NCBI GenBank assembly: GCA_004022145.1
Contig: RCNU01000006.1
DNA from: Paecilomyces variotii
Taxonomy: Eukaryota
DNA length: 64,000 nt
Direction: 5' to 3' (one strand)
Positions 39,375 to 52,206 of the stretch are shown piece by piece. The number at the start of each line of letters is the position of its first letter. Position 1 is the stretch's first letter. Both the position numbers and the translations under genes were made by a program. A model generated the notes under the pieces. That model was not told where the DNA came from. It did no database searches and saw only the letters and a list, made by a program, of their open reading frames with translations.

Positions 39375-40420
39375 TAAGCCCGGAGTCTTATTCGAGCTTT
39401 AGATCTTACTCTATTTAATGATGTGATGGTTAGCAGGTAGCTGAAAATGGCGACTTCTACGGCCATTTTACAAGTCTTGTTAACCAATATCCATCTTGGC
39501 CTCATGTGAGCGAACACCCATGGCCACGGCTCACCTCAGCATCCTCAATGTCCTAAGTATCCTCCCTACCCAGACGCCTACACTGCGGGAGGGGAGTCGT
39601 TTTTGGCTCCCCCCTTGACCATTATGTTTTCTTCAGTTCTAAGTCCCCATCATGCCAACTATGTCCTTTTCCTGCTCTCTTATCCTTCCTTCCACCGGCA
39701 TCTCTTGCAACACATCTCATCCTTCCCCAAACTCTCCTCATCCACAAAAACTCTATTCTCTTTACACCCTGAACTTTTCACTCTGGATCTCTGCTTTGCT
39801 GCCAGTTCCCCATGGTTCCGCCCAATTATGGCGCCTCGTTCCCGACCAGTTAGACGACGACAGCAAGAGCGAGAGTGATGCCAGCTCTAACATTAGCGAG
39901 ATCTTTTCGGACAACAGATCTGGTAGTGGATCCGATCTTGCCCTCCTGAGCTTCGCCCCCAAGTCTCAATTCTTATATCTATGTCGACTGGCCAGCGGCC
40001 AGCATTCTACCGCATGTTGCGCCCTGTATATCGCCTCCGAGTTCCGTATCACTGCTCCTATCTTCAGTGTGGGGATTCTGGGTCCTTCGTCAGATTGATA
40101 TTGCAATGTATATCATGTTGTCAGGGTGACGATCAGAAGGAAGGATGTCGGGCAGTCAGAAATTATTCAGGTTGGCGATTTGCCAGATAGAAAGAAGCCT
40201 TTATGCCAGTAAGTAGATAGAGTAGGGTAGGTGACGGAGTCAAAATTGAACGGATCGCTGAGCTCTAAGATAGTAGAGTAGGTCGAATTAATCATGGTGT
40301 ATATATCTAGATGCCAAACCAATTATATCTTTTAAATTAAAGCAGTTACATAGTTGTCTCTAGAAATTTTACTATTGGAAAAACTATCAATAAAGGAAAG
40401 GAAAAGAAAAGAAAAGAAAA

Positions 40421-40517
40421 TCCCAGGTCTGGGATTCGAACGCCAGAGCTGCGGCCCCCGAAGGGCTCAGGTTTCCCTGAGTGTCAATCGCGATGTTAAC
40501 CATTACACCAACCTGGG
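40421..40517 (-). ncRNA. Atypical tRNA-like Pol III gene with a structured anticodon-arm insert
   Basis: CCCAGGT/ACCTGGG-A acceptor, A-box TGGTGTAATGG, GTGT/ACAT D stem, B-box GTTCGAATCC, TTTT terminator; no canonical anticodon loop. Confidence 0.8.
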
Positions 40518-41013
40518 GATTGTTGATCTACTCAAGGGGGATCTCTTTTTTTCCCTGTCCTTCCAGTGATGGAAACGCACAGTTGTTCGACTTCAGCTGA
40601 TTAATTATGTGACCTATCAGTCGCACGCTAGGAGGATTAGTTTTCTGTCCTTTTTTTCGGTCCCCTTTTTCTTCTCTCTCTTCTATACCAGTGTCAGCAG
40701 TAAGGTAGATATAAAATTTATACTGCATTAGTACTAGTAGGAGCGAGGGGATAAAGCTTTATTTATATGCATGCCACTATCCTTAGTGCTGTAAGGGTTT
40801 GACCTATAAGCTATCTAGGTTCCGTTGGTATTCCCACATCGTCAAAGCCGGCGGGCGCCGCCTGCGGGTAACTATTTCAACTACATGTACCTACCTAATC
40901 TTAACTCTTAAAATAATAGCAGCCGGTAGCGCAAAAGGCTACAGTTTCTGATCCAAAGGCTACGCGCAACTGGTATCCTATACCTCACGACCGCTTACAT
41001 TCAGCCAGCGGAT

Positions 41014-41153
41014 AATTAAGATGAAGTCTATGGGCAATAAATAGCTGATAGATTCCGGTATCCTTTAGTTCTCTAAGCAATCCAATATTCATTCCCGTGT
41101 CATATGTTTTTTTCTAAGTCTTTGCTTCCGTGATCCTAGATCTCTACAAATTA
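41014..41153 (+). repeat. Direct repeat copy 2
   Basis: Matches 39155-39244 plus 39323-39374. Confidence 0.85.
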
Positions 41154-41837
41154 CTTGTCTGGTGGGATCTTGATGGGCGATCATTGAGGACTTCTATTGC
41201 TGTCTTTTATTAAACGGACCCCGCATCATGCGGGGCGAATGCTGCGAACTGTCCTTGATGTAGAATACTCTAAGACCAGAGTAACATGCTATCGGCTGAG
41301 AACCGGAGAGTTGTCTTTTGTTATTGACTGATGATGACGCGAACAGCCGGGAGATGAAGCCTTCAATCTTGCAGCACTGCGCCATCTATATAAGCAGGAC
41401 TTACCAATCAGTTGACTGTCTGGAATTAAAGAAGTGAGAAGAGTTCAAGGAAATTCAGGCTCTATATTTAATGTGTAATATGGCAGTTGTGCGTATAGGT
41501 CATATTAGATCTGCCTCCAGAAGGAGTAGCGAGTAGTCTGGGATTGTTTGAAGAAGCCTACATACAGTAACAGAGACATGAAGGGGCATGATCGAAGTAG
41601 TGGTATTTCCATGTTTATCTGATCGATATAATTCGGGCGGAAGAGGGCCCATTGATATCCGTCGGATACTTCCAAACTTTTGTTTCTACTTCTAGGTAAG
41701 AAACTAGAATGGGTAGTCTACTACTTAAGAGACTTCCTATCTAATTACACTAAAAGTAACGAGGGCTTTTAACGAGTATATCTTTAATGTCTATTAGAAG
41801 GGTTACACATGCTATTCCTTCTAGCAGTGGCCTTAGC

Positions 41838-44800
41838 TCATCCACTACTGTCTTCACTCTTCTCCAATAAAATAACCCCAAGGCCTAGCTTGCCAGGACT
41901 CATATCGAAGCCCCACAGCCCGACCATTTCGCAGTATGGGATACTGGTCGGTCCTCTATGGTCCCAAGAGCTGTGGACCTTATCGATGATGCATGTTCTC
42001 AGCCAATGAGTAGAAAAGTCCACACGGTCGTGACGAACAGACTCATATTCTGGTATCTCAATCGGTTTTCCTGCGAATGATTGAGACTTTCTAGCCTGCC
42101 CGGGCCCCACACGATCACTGTGAAGCTGCAAAAGATAAGTATGTACCGGAGAGAGTACGGTTGGCTTGGTTGCTTACAACGATGTCCAAGGTACCATGGT
42201 AATCTGAAAGCACCTCCAGGATCACAAGCCTCTCACCATCCTCAAAATATGCTTCACTACAAGGCCTACCATCCGTGCAGCCAATGGTACTAGTATAGCC
42301 GGTCTGGTAGCTGAATTTCAAACCAGTGAGATATTCATTTCCTCGATCACGGATCCGATAGGCTGAAATGGCAATGACCTGGTCGAATCGTCCATCAGAA
42401 TTTATCTGCCAGAAAGCTTTCTCTGGCACGGTCCATCGCAATTGCCTCATGCAAGAACGTGCGTCCCAAAGAATAATCCGCTCTGACTCAGTTACTGGCG
42501 ATGATAGAACGCGAGGGTGGTCGAAGCCGGCATTAAATATCCAACAGAAAGAAACCTAGATGATCAGAACCAGCATCTCGGCGACGGTGTCGAGAAATTA
42601 ACAGATATTCACCTACCAGCTTCTCAAATTGGTTCCCTGGAAATCTCAGTACCGTGAAATCACCGGCGGAGAGAAATTCTGACACATGTACGTCCTTCGA
42701 CTGCATATGAGACGTTCTAACAACTATTCGGACCACCCGACCAAGATGCTGGAAGAGCCAAGACGAGTTGTCTTTAGTTAACCATATGGAGACTTCCGTA
42801 ATCTTTTCGTTCGGCTCGATATCCATACAGTCTATGTCAGAAATCCACTGCCCCACAATCTCCGAAGGCCGAGAGTCGAAATAGTCCAGCCACAGTCCAG
42901 ATACTTCGTCTGCTCGTCGAGTACGTGACGGAGAACCGCAGGAGAACCGGATACGCCTGGCACCCTCCAGGGAAGCAGCTGTAGAGGCAGTGCATCCTGT
43001 TTCAGCCATGACATAGGAGCCTACTGAATAACATAGTTTGTCATTGAGAGGATCGTTGTAAGCTCTGTTTTGACCATAGGTACTCTGAATAGGCTGACCG
43101 TTCGTATAGCTGCATTGTAAACCAAAGGTCTGAAAGACACTGTTACTGGCCTAGAGTCCGAATTGTGAGTAAATCATAAACTCTGATTGAGGGACACTTT
43201 ACAGACCCCAAGCGTAGTTGCAAATCCGGTTATAACCTGGCCATAGGGTGCTGTAAGCACATCCGTACCGTACGATATCTCGTCCAACGTTGATACATAT
43301 TGGCGGTTGTAAGGGCTAAAAGTAACACTCCTCCCAAAGTTGGTGTAAAGCTAGTCACAATTCATGGATCCATGTTAGCTTCGGTTGTAGTTTCTGGTAA
43401 GCGGGATGGGGCCGACGGACACTAAGAGACCAGATTCCTAAAGAGGTTGTAGCTCGCTCATATAGCACTTCTACAATCCTCTCGCCACCTGATCCATCGA
43501 TAATGAAAGAGACCTCGGTTGCGCCTTGTTTTCCATACATTGCAGGATCTTTCCCGTTGAAATAGAACATCAATCCAACCAATGGTGCTGCATTGTCTTG
43601 CATATGTGCAACTATTCGTATTAGTTTCTGCAGGTGTTCCCCATACTCGCCTCCGAAGTCCATATTCAAAATGGGATTGTAGGTCTGGTATTCGAGGATC
43701 TCGGGCACCTGGATGATGGGTTTTGGTTTGGGATAGCTCGGTGTCCAGAGTGGCAGTTGAATAAGCTGCTTTCGAGTGAAATTCTTTGGGGATTTCGATT
43801 CGCGAGGAGCATCAAAGCCATCAACTATTGCAACTGAAATCATCTTAAAGGCCTTTAAGAATAAGTTAGACCGAGATCATACAGAGAAGCGGCGTTTCTT
43901 ACGTCAAAACTGACAACAAGGTTGAAAACGGCCAATTCTCTCTGCACGCAGATTGTTCCGAATGCAAAATTCGATTCTCTGCCCTCGACGTCTCCTAACC
44001 ATTCCGAAGAGGATACACCAGAATCACTTGATGAGATAGTCCTTATCGCAGAGATACCATTCTGGCGCGTTACAAGCTCCACTCCAATAAAATGCTCGTT
44101 CGGTGGGATCCACAGGAAGGTCTCTGTACTGGTGTCAACATAGCCCAGAGAATGACTAGCATATCCGGTATTATTGCAATCCTTAGTGAGTAGTCGAAGA
44201 GCTGATATAAACATTTGCGAGTTGAAGATAACGGTAGAGACACCAATTGCACGTATATATTGATTTCCCAAGGGATCAGGAAGGCTCCTGATGAAGATTT
44301 CCCTGCTTCCAACCTGCAGATAGTCACAGTTACCAGATCTTAGCTCAGTTGTGATTATTCTACCTTGTGTGGGCGTTTGCAGACTTATCTCCTGGCGGCT
44401 GCTCATGGAAAGATTGTCCCAAGAAATAGGGAAACCTTGTAACTGGACAACGGGTGAGTATAGATCAAACAAGGAAATATTCCAGTTGATAATTTGCCAT
44501 ATCCTCTTGCGATTACGCAGGCGTGGAGATCCTTGCGGAAGTTGCATTTCATGCTTCACAGAGAAGTATAGAGATCTCCAATCCACAGGACTGTGCGCTT
44601 GAGTGGGTCGAACAAAACCCATCTCGAAGTCAAGCGAAAAGCGGCTTCTCCAGAAGAACTGTGGCAGTAGATTAGGATGTGACCCGCTGGCGATAGACCT
44701 GGAGGATAAGCGAAAGTGTTGAATATCGCGGGATGGAAGCCACATTATGATGCTATTGGTATATTAGGGCATTTTATGGTTTTGGAAAGAGTCCCCAAGC

Positions 44801-45380
44801 AATCATTGATACCGTCCGCAGAGTCAAACATCGAAGGCTTGACTATGAATGGGGAACTCCAAGGCTCCATGGAGGGTCTCTGGAAACTCAACGCACCACC
44901 AAAATCATGCCCCATATCTGGATTCTGGTATCGTTTCCACACAGTACAGTATAGGATATTCCACAGTATTGTGCCGAGACGATGGTTTTTAGTGGTGTCG
45001 CAGGATGTTCTTTCACACAGAACCTCCCAGCATGCTGCATGAAATATAAAGGTCCAACCATATGTTTCGTAATTACAAAATGGTGGATAATGATCAAAGG
45101 AGGCACCTGAGCTCTGGTAAGAATGACTTGGATCCCTGGGAGTGACAGTGTTCCCTCTGGAGCTAAGATATCCAACACCGGTGAGCCAGACAGGCTTGTC
45201 TGGACCTTGACACCTCACTAAAATGACAAGTCAGTTTGAATATAGGAGAACCCATGGCAAAAATGAATTATGCTAACAGGATCTCAGTTCCTGGCACCAC
45301 TCCAAGGGCGGCACTCCGGAAAGTGGCTCAACCGTATATTGAATATGGACGCCACATATAACGCAGTGGATATCCCACAT
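41838..45380 (-). CDS. Large multi-exon accessory protein (N-terminal CxxCG, FHAACW, F-box-like segment, beta-rich C-terminus); possibly disrupted
   Basis: MWDIHCVICG start at 45380, FIFHAACWEVL, WLPSRDIQ...FWRSRF...DWRSLY...LRNRKRIW, IDGSGGERI. Chain of co-oriented ORFs with introns; frame break near 44745. Confidence 0.6.
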
Positions 45381-45842
45381 TTTCAAATATCTCTTCACTT
45401 CAGTATTTCATGAGCTACTGGCCTGGAAACTGAAACGATGCATTCGATATGGACTTCAATGGTTAAACTTATACAGTTTTGGCGATTTTTTCTTGTTCTA
45501 ATGGCGCACCGCAGTTTGTAATAAGGATCTTGTTCAGACTCGGGTGGTGAGGGTACTTAGAATTTTGAGACCGGGTACAACTTTAGCCAGAGTTGTCACG
45601 GGACCAGATATCATTGCTGCCTGGTTCAATATTCACCTGGAATATTAAATCCAGTCACATCACCAAACTACATTCCCTGTTTCATTGTAAGAAGGTAGAT
45701 GCCATGAGGCTTGAGAACCAAGCGATATCTTAGTCCAAAATAGGCAAGTACAGGAGCTCCGCAATCGCGGGTGATTGCACGTGATCCGTCGCGAGCTCTC
45801 ATTTCACCCAGCTACATACGCCCCGGAGCCACAAGCGCAACA

Positions 45843-47289
45843 ATGGTTCTGGAACTCCATGTCTGGGGACCAGCCTTTTCGCTGCCCTCAATTGAGGCGC
45901 AATCGTTGGCTACTATCGCATACTTTGTTCTAGCCGTCCCGAAGGATGAGTGGGTACTTGTCCCAAGCAGTGACCCTTCCGTGTCACCGACAAGTAAGTG
46001 TCTGGAGTTTGACTGCTTATTGGATTTCTAGCGCAGTAGGATATCCTCATGATAACGGTGGAGTGCTGACGTGAAAGTAATAAGATGAATTGCCTGCCTT
46101 GAGGGATGGGACTACATGGGTAAGCCGGTTTCGCAACATCGTCGACTACCTGCGGCAATACTCGGACGGAGAATGGGATCTGGATGGGTGGTTAACGGGG
46201 TTGGAGAAGGCGGATAATATCGCGTATGTTCCTTTGTCTTCTACTATGGATAACATTCTGGGTGGCTCTTCGTGTGGTGCTAACTGGACGACCGGCAGCT
46301 TTGCCTCCTTCATCGAATCGCGTGGACAAACCCTCCTCGATCTATCGCTCTACGTCTCGAGCCAGAATTATTACGGAAGCACATCACCAGCTTATGGCAC
46401 CATCTTAACATGGCCCAATATGTGGATCCTCCCACCGAAACTACGTGATGGCGCAAAGACACGAACAGAGCATTTGGGACTATCATCCCTAGATCTAGAT
46501 GCGATAGAAGAACAAAGGAACCGGGATCAGTCTTCTGCGACGGCAACAGCAAAGATCCCCAAGAGCCTGATAAAGAGACCCCGGGATACCGTCTCTAGTC
46601 TGTTAGGAAGAACTCCGCAGCAGAATCAGTTCAAACTGGAAGCACTCACGGCGGAGTTCTTTGAGCCGTTCGAGGAACTCCTGGGCAACAAGTCATATTT
46701 GCTGTCTGATGAGCATCCTTCGAGTTTGGACTGCCTCGCAATTGGGTATCTATCGTTAGCTTTGGTCCCGGAGCTCCCATATCCCTGGCTCCGCGAATCG
46801 CTACAGGCGAAGGCACCAAGGCTAGCCGAATACACGGAGAGGATGCGCCGACGGTGTTTTGGCATGGTCGATGTCTCTTCCGTCTTCGAGCCAAACGGTG
46901 CGGTTTCGTCGCTTCCATGGAGGGTCCCTGAGCGTGTTACTGTAGGCAAGATCGGTTCCACATTGATCAACACGCTTGCCGACTCTACTCCCATTGTCAA
47001 GGAGCTCCGCGCGAACGACCGTCTGCGGGATGCTGCAAAGGCGCCAGAATCTGGCTTCACACCCGAGGAAAGCAAGGCCATATCCGAAGTCTCGCAGGCG
47101 CAAAAACGGGATGTGTACGTGACCATCGCAACAGTTGCAGCCGGTATCACAGCCTTTGTGGGCTACTTGTTCCACGTGGGACTGATCCAAGTGAGCCTCG
47201 GCGGTGGTTCCGAATTGGAGGGGGAAGATGAAGGCGAGGAAGTCGATTTCGAAATGGGGGCGCTGGGTGACGCTTTATCTGGACTGTGA
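45843..47289 (+). CDS. Metaxin/Sam37 (Tom37)-like mitochondrial outer-membrane protein
   Basis: MVLELHVWGPAFSLPSIEAQSLA, SSDPSVSP|ELPAL, GST-like PSSLDCLAIGYL, C-terminal TM segment; two introns. Confidence 0.85.
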
Positions 47290-47973
47290 ACACAGTCTGC
47301 GTTCAAAAATTCCAATATAGCTTTCCTGTCTTGTTTGAATACTACCTTTTTTCTATGGACCTTTCTCCTTATTCCCATCTGTCCCATCTCCAAGCTGCAT
47401 TAGAGGCTGCTTATCCCCTCTGAATCTGCAATCATTTTCATATGCCAGAGCATTTGTTCGAGTGTACCCCATGATAGACTGTACTACTAGACAATAGCAC
47501 AGAATATAGCGGAAGTGTGAATCATTATTACCGAGAGGACTTCTTTCCCGATGATCTGACATATAAAATATACCCAGAAAACTCGATATATAGATATAGA
47601 GTATCCTACCCATGAGCAAGGAAAGAGAACCCATTACCTCAATGCTAACTACTTTTACACTAACACGTCCCGAACACACCCAGTCCCCTTCCCCTGTACG
47701 ACGACGACGCGATGATAATCACCTGACGACCAACGTCCGGAAGCCGAAAAGACATGAGGATACATGCACGACCATCCAAGCAGTGGATACGTTCAGGGCA
47801 CGAGTAATCTATACATTATGCTTGGGAGTATATGTATAATAGAAACTATAGTATATGCTCTTTCTTCAGCAGTAGTGATTCTCGGTTCTCCACAACTATA
47901 TATGGCCATACATATGCCTCCCTAAGAGTATAGGTGAACTGATTTCTCATTCAAGTACGAGAAAATATCAATC

Positions 47974-48092
47974 ACATACGACCATAGGGTGTGGAAAACA
48001 GGGCTTCCCGTCCGCTCAGCCGTACTTAAGCCACACGCCGGCAGGTTAGTAGTTGGGTGGGTGACCACCAGCGAATCCCTGCTGTTGTATGT
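47974..48092 (+). rRNA. Dispersed 5S rRNA gene
   Basis: ACATACGACCATAGGGTGTGGAAAACAGGGCTTCCCGTCCGCTCAGCC...GCTGTTGTATGT, 119 nt, followed by a T-run terminator. Confidence 0.97.
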
Positions 48093-48210
48093 ATTTTTTT
48101 ATCTTTATTTTTGAACCTCCCTTGAGCCTATACTGCTAGTTTTTGTTTCATCGTCAGACCGATCACAAGTACGCAGTAGTGGTCGTCGTCTGTTCAATCG
48201 ATCCTACACT

Positions 48211-48717
48211 ATGAGTACGTCGAGCGTCATGATAGAACCAGTCCTAAACAGTTCATCGGTTTCGGAATGCATCCCCGGCCATCCAAAACGTGTTATTCTA
48301 CGACTTCGTGTCAGCGATTTCGATAATCATGGTCCAGCAGAGCTTGACCGTGCCATTATGGCATACCTATCGTCCGCCGGTCGCTCTGTTCGGTAACGAA
48401 CTAAGCCAAAGAATACATCACTCGCATATTGAACCACTCCCAATCCCCGGAGATGAAGCAGAAATCATTCCATATAGTTCTCGATATTGAGAAAGATATG
48501 CTCAAAGACCCAGACTTCGAGCAGCTTGAGCATGAGGTTCATCGTGTTCGTCGTGCTAGGGACGGAACACTGTATGGATGCTACGCCCCAGTTTTGGTTA
48601 TTTTACTACTAATTCTTGAATAGCATTGTTAACAGGATCCAAAATCCAATAGAGGAGCAGAATTTTGTGAAAAAAATGCGACAATTCACTGACATCTTTT
48701 ATCCATGGGCAAGATAA
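48211..48717 (+). pseudogene. Small hypothetical protein gene, probably frameshifted
   Basis: Protein-like segments RVILRLRVSDFD..., KSFHIVLDIEK...HEVHRVRR and, after an intron, KKMRQFTDIFYPW; frame break near 48390. Confidence 0.4.
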
Positions 48718-49240
48718 TATCCATCTTGGAGGCCTGGTTCAAAAAAATCTGGTTCATGAATAATCAAATCTGAATCTCACATCTCTCCTTTATAAACAAA
48801 CCTCCGTTTCCTTTTCGCAGCTATGTAGCTATATTTTGGAGATTACTTAGTTGGGCTTCAAAACATTGATTTTTGACATCTTTTCTAGGAAGACGGATGT
48901 TTAAATCTAGGTCTTGCTCAGTGTCTCTTGTCAGAACTCGGCTATTAAGTGTGACTTTCTACTCGATCAAACAACGCAGAGCACACGCTCATCGTTTACA
49001 TCTTCCATTGTCCCTTTCCGCCTCGTCTAAGAAACACGGCCTACCAGTTCCGAGACTGGGGCAACGGGGTAGAATGTTCGCGAAGGGATACGATAGTGGG
49101 AGAATGCAAAGACAGAAGATGGCGTTCTATCGCGGTCGAAATCACCAGGAGTAGGTGCATACGCTAGTTGGTCCCATATGCCAACTTGGGAGTCGTCATC
49201 ATTGTTGCTGTGTAGGAGCTGGTTGTTATGTTCCCAAGGC

Positions 49241-49242
<2 letters not shown>

Positions 49243-49294
<52 letters not shown>
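49243..49294 (+). repeat. Poly-A tract (52 nt)
   Basis: Uninterrupted A run. Confidence 0.95.
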
Positions 49295-49298
<4 letters not shown>

Positions 49299-52206
49299 CC
49301 GAGGAGCCTAATAACAGAGCCATCTGGTGTTAACCTTTACACAAAGAAAGGGCCTAGCATAAGATAATGATAATGCTGACAAGCCGGGAAGAACGATAAC
49401 CGTGGGTCATGAAGATTAAGTTACTCCGCTCAGATGCTGCCTGTATAATAGTTAGCTCCAGTCTGAATGCTAGGATAGTAGAATACGAACAAGAAGGCGA
49501 ATGTTGCCATATTGCTATAGTTGCTAGGTGTCGTAGCGCATGATATCTGCTCCTTATTGAAAAGTTATGATCCTTTGGCTAGCTAGTTGCATATAGATCT
49601 ATATTGTATCAATGTTTCTTCGCTATAAGAGGTAGAGACGATTCCTATATGGACCCTAATAAGTCCAAAACTGCGGTACAGACGAAGCAAGTCTTGTATA
49701 CATACAATGGCTGTTGTATGTTTTTTGCTTGCGTTTGGCTTTTTTTTGTGTTTCTGATGGATGTTCGTCTTGATTTCTTTTGTTGATTCACGAGCGCATT
49801 GTGCTATGTACTATGTATATGGTATTGTATATTCTACTCGAATAATGAAAGGTTCTTTTTCTCTCGATTAACAGTAAGAAATTTATTTGAACTCAATTTC
49901 CATTCTTCTAGTTGATATTATTATTATTGCGGCTTTGGTCTTTCAGAAGAGTTGAGTCGGTATTATTTCATCGATAGATCATCATCGCATGAAGAGCGGG
50001 ATGGAAATCAAGAAACTAGATATCTATGGGTTGACGGGCCTTCGTCTTCGCTGGTTAAGAGAGGCGTATGGATGAAATGGGTAGATATTTAAAGTAGGTG
50101 AGACCCGGATGATCTTTAAACATCAAGTGTAGTGCATTATTTATGCAGGAATAGGGGTCCCTGGTTTAAGTATTGCTCATCATCATCCATCTCTCAATTC
50201 AGCTTAATGTGAAATTTAGAGTAGTTACAGCTACGTTCATGGAAGGTCTCGACAGATTCTGCTATGTACTCTTACCTGAAACCAGCTTCTCCGGAAATGG
50301 CAAGGTTGGTTGATTCGAGCCCTCCACTTTTATATCTAGAATGGATTTATTCTCCGAACCGAAACCGTTCTGTTATTAACTTCCACTTTGTGATCTCATT
50401 GCGGCTCTCTATGGTATCAGATTCAGAGCTCAAAACAGTTTGTTTGGGAAAACCAAGAGCTACATAGATAGCCAAAACTGTCAGACCAGTATTATTAATA
50501 ATTGGCCCAGTGGGGCAAGGGAGGCTTCCATCATGCGTGCGGCGTGCCGGTCTGACGGACGTCGTGCCATTCCTCTTCCTCAGTCCGCTTCGACCGTGCG
50601 GCCGAGAATAATTGGCTGCCTACCATATGCCGGCACCGATCCGTTGGATGCTTGTCAATAATATCGAAAGGGTCCTGCCGTCCTGGTACTCGCGGTGGGG
50701 ACGTTTTGGATATGATGGGAAACCGAGGGTTTTGTATGCGTTGGGAAAGTAGGTAAAAAAAGTGACGACAGTAGTATATGGTAATTGTTGGGTCTCTAGG
50801 AATTGAGTTATGATGACGCTGTTATTCGTGGGAATGGGTCTGGCGTAACAGACAACATAATACTTAAATCAGTAGGTATCGGAACCTGCAACCTTGGCTT
50901 GGTTCACCGAATCGTTTGTTCTGCGTCATGATTTGTTCTCTGTATCCACTCCATCTCGCTACCTTTGGTCGAAGTATTCCGTACCTGCGTGGGCGGGTTT
51001 CAGTGACTGTGGCTGAGGATAAGCTAATGAAATAATAGAAAAAAAAAATTTTCTTTCTTCCCTCCAGCTGTTTCAAAATGTCTCTTTTTGTTCCTGCATA
51101 TCTGCTAAAAACAGGCGGTAAGAGACGTTGACGGTTGAGAGCGGTATCTGCTACAATGGTTGCCTGAACGGGTCAGCCTCTAAGACTTGCCACGTCCACG
51201 CCTTTGAGCTGCAGAACCGTTTGGATGACCGGTCCTTATTTAAAATCCAACCGTCACAGTAATAATGCTGAAGTGGAAGGTGGTGCGATAATAAGCAGTT
51301 GATCTTTCCGCAAGAAGATGTGCTGGGCCCGTTGTTCCCGAGCCAAGCTGGAGGAAGATCCAGATTTCTTGCCGATCAGATACCAAGCCAAGTAATCGGT
51401 GGCACGACTAGTGAGCTTATCGCTGCACTGATAGCTGAGATGGCCCTGGGATAAGACCATGGCATGGGATAAAATCCTGGGGCCCGGCCTGACAACCTCG
51501 ACGCGTCCAGTTCTCTCGCATGAGCGGAGTGTATCTATCTTTGCCGGGATGTGCCAACGCAGGCCAAGTAATCACTACTACTGCTCACTGGAAGAAATGA
51601 CCCACATTGTGATGAGTATCAATCAAGGCACGGGGAATGTGTCCGGACTGCGCACAGATTAGATAGAGTAAGTATAAGTGAGTGTCGGTAAAGAACTTCC
51701 CCGGATCAGTAGGTTTTCTCTTTCTCTCCTCATCGTGGCTTCGGGGCCTCGGGCTGAATTAATAAATGAGCGAGCCATTTGATCCAGCCCATCGTAGACG
51801 ACGGAACGGGCCCATCGAGGTGTTCATACAGCGCCGAGCTGCTACCAAAGCTGGAAGGTTGCATTAGTTCCCAAAGTAGGCCAGTATTTGCGCTTGGCTG
51901 TGGATTAATTATGTGACTGGATGCCTGTCACGAGATCGCTGGAGCGGAGAAGTCCGTCGGACGACGACAGCGATAATTGTGGTGGGCTCTCCCTGGATAG
52001 CTAGACTCTAGAGTATGGAGATGGTGCTAAAAGAGACGGGGGGGCTGTGTGCAATGAAGTCATTGCTGGTTGGACTACGCGGATACCTCGAGGAATCGAG
52101 ACTGTCCTGGAAGACGGCATTATTATTAAAAGGCGTCCTTACCCCGCAACTGAGGCACAGCGACGGAACCCAGGACAGTAATCAGACACGCACCCCAAAG
52201 CCCACG

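Noticed and set aside
40421-40517. Selenocysteine tRNA or hammerhead ribozyme
   Set aside because: No UCA anticodon loop or extended acceptor stem; the insert is in the anticodon arm, not the variable arm; no CUGANGA core.
47974-48092. 5S gene as a Starship insertion boundary
   Set aside because: The 5S copy is full length with its terminator; no split 5S fragment or adjacent recombinase is visible.
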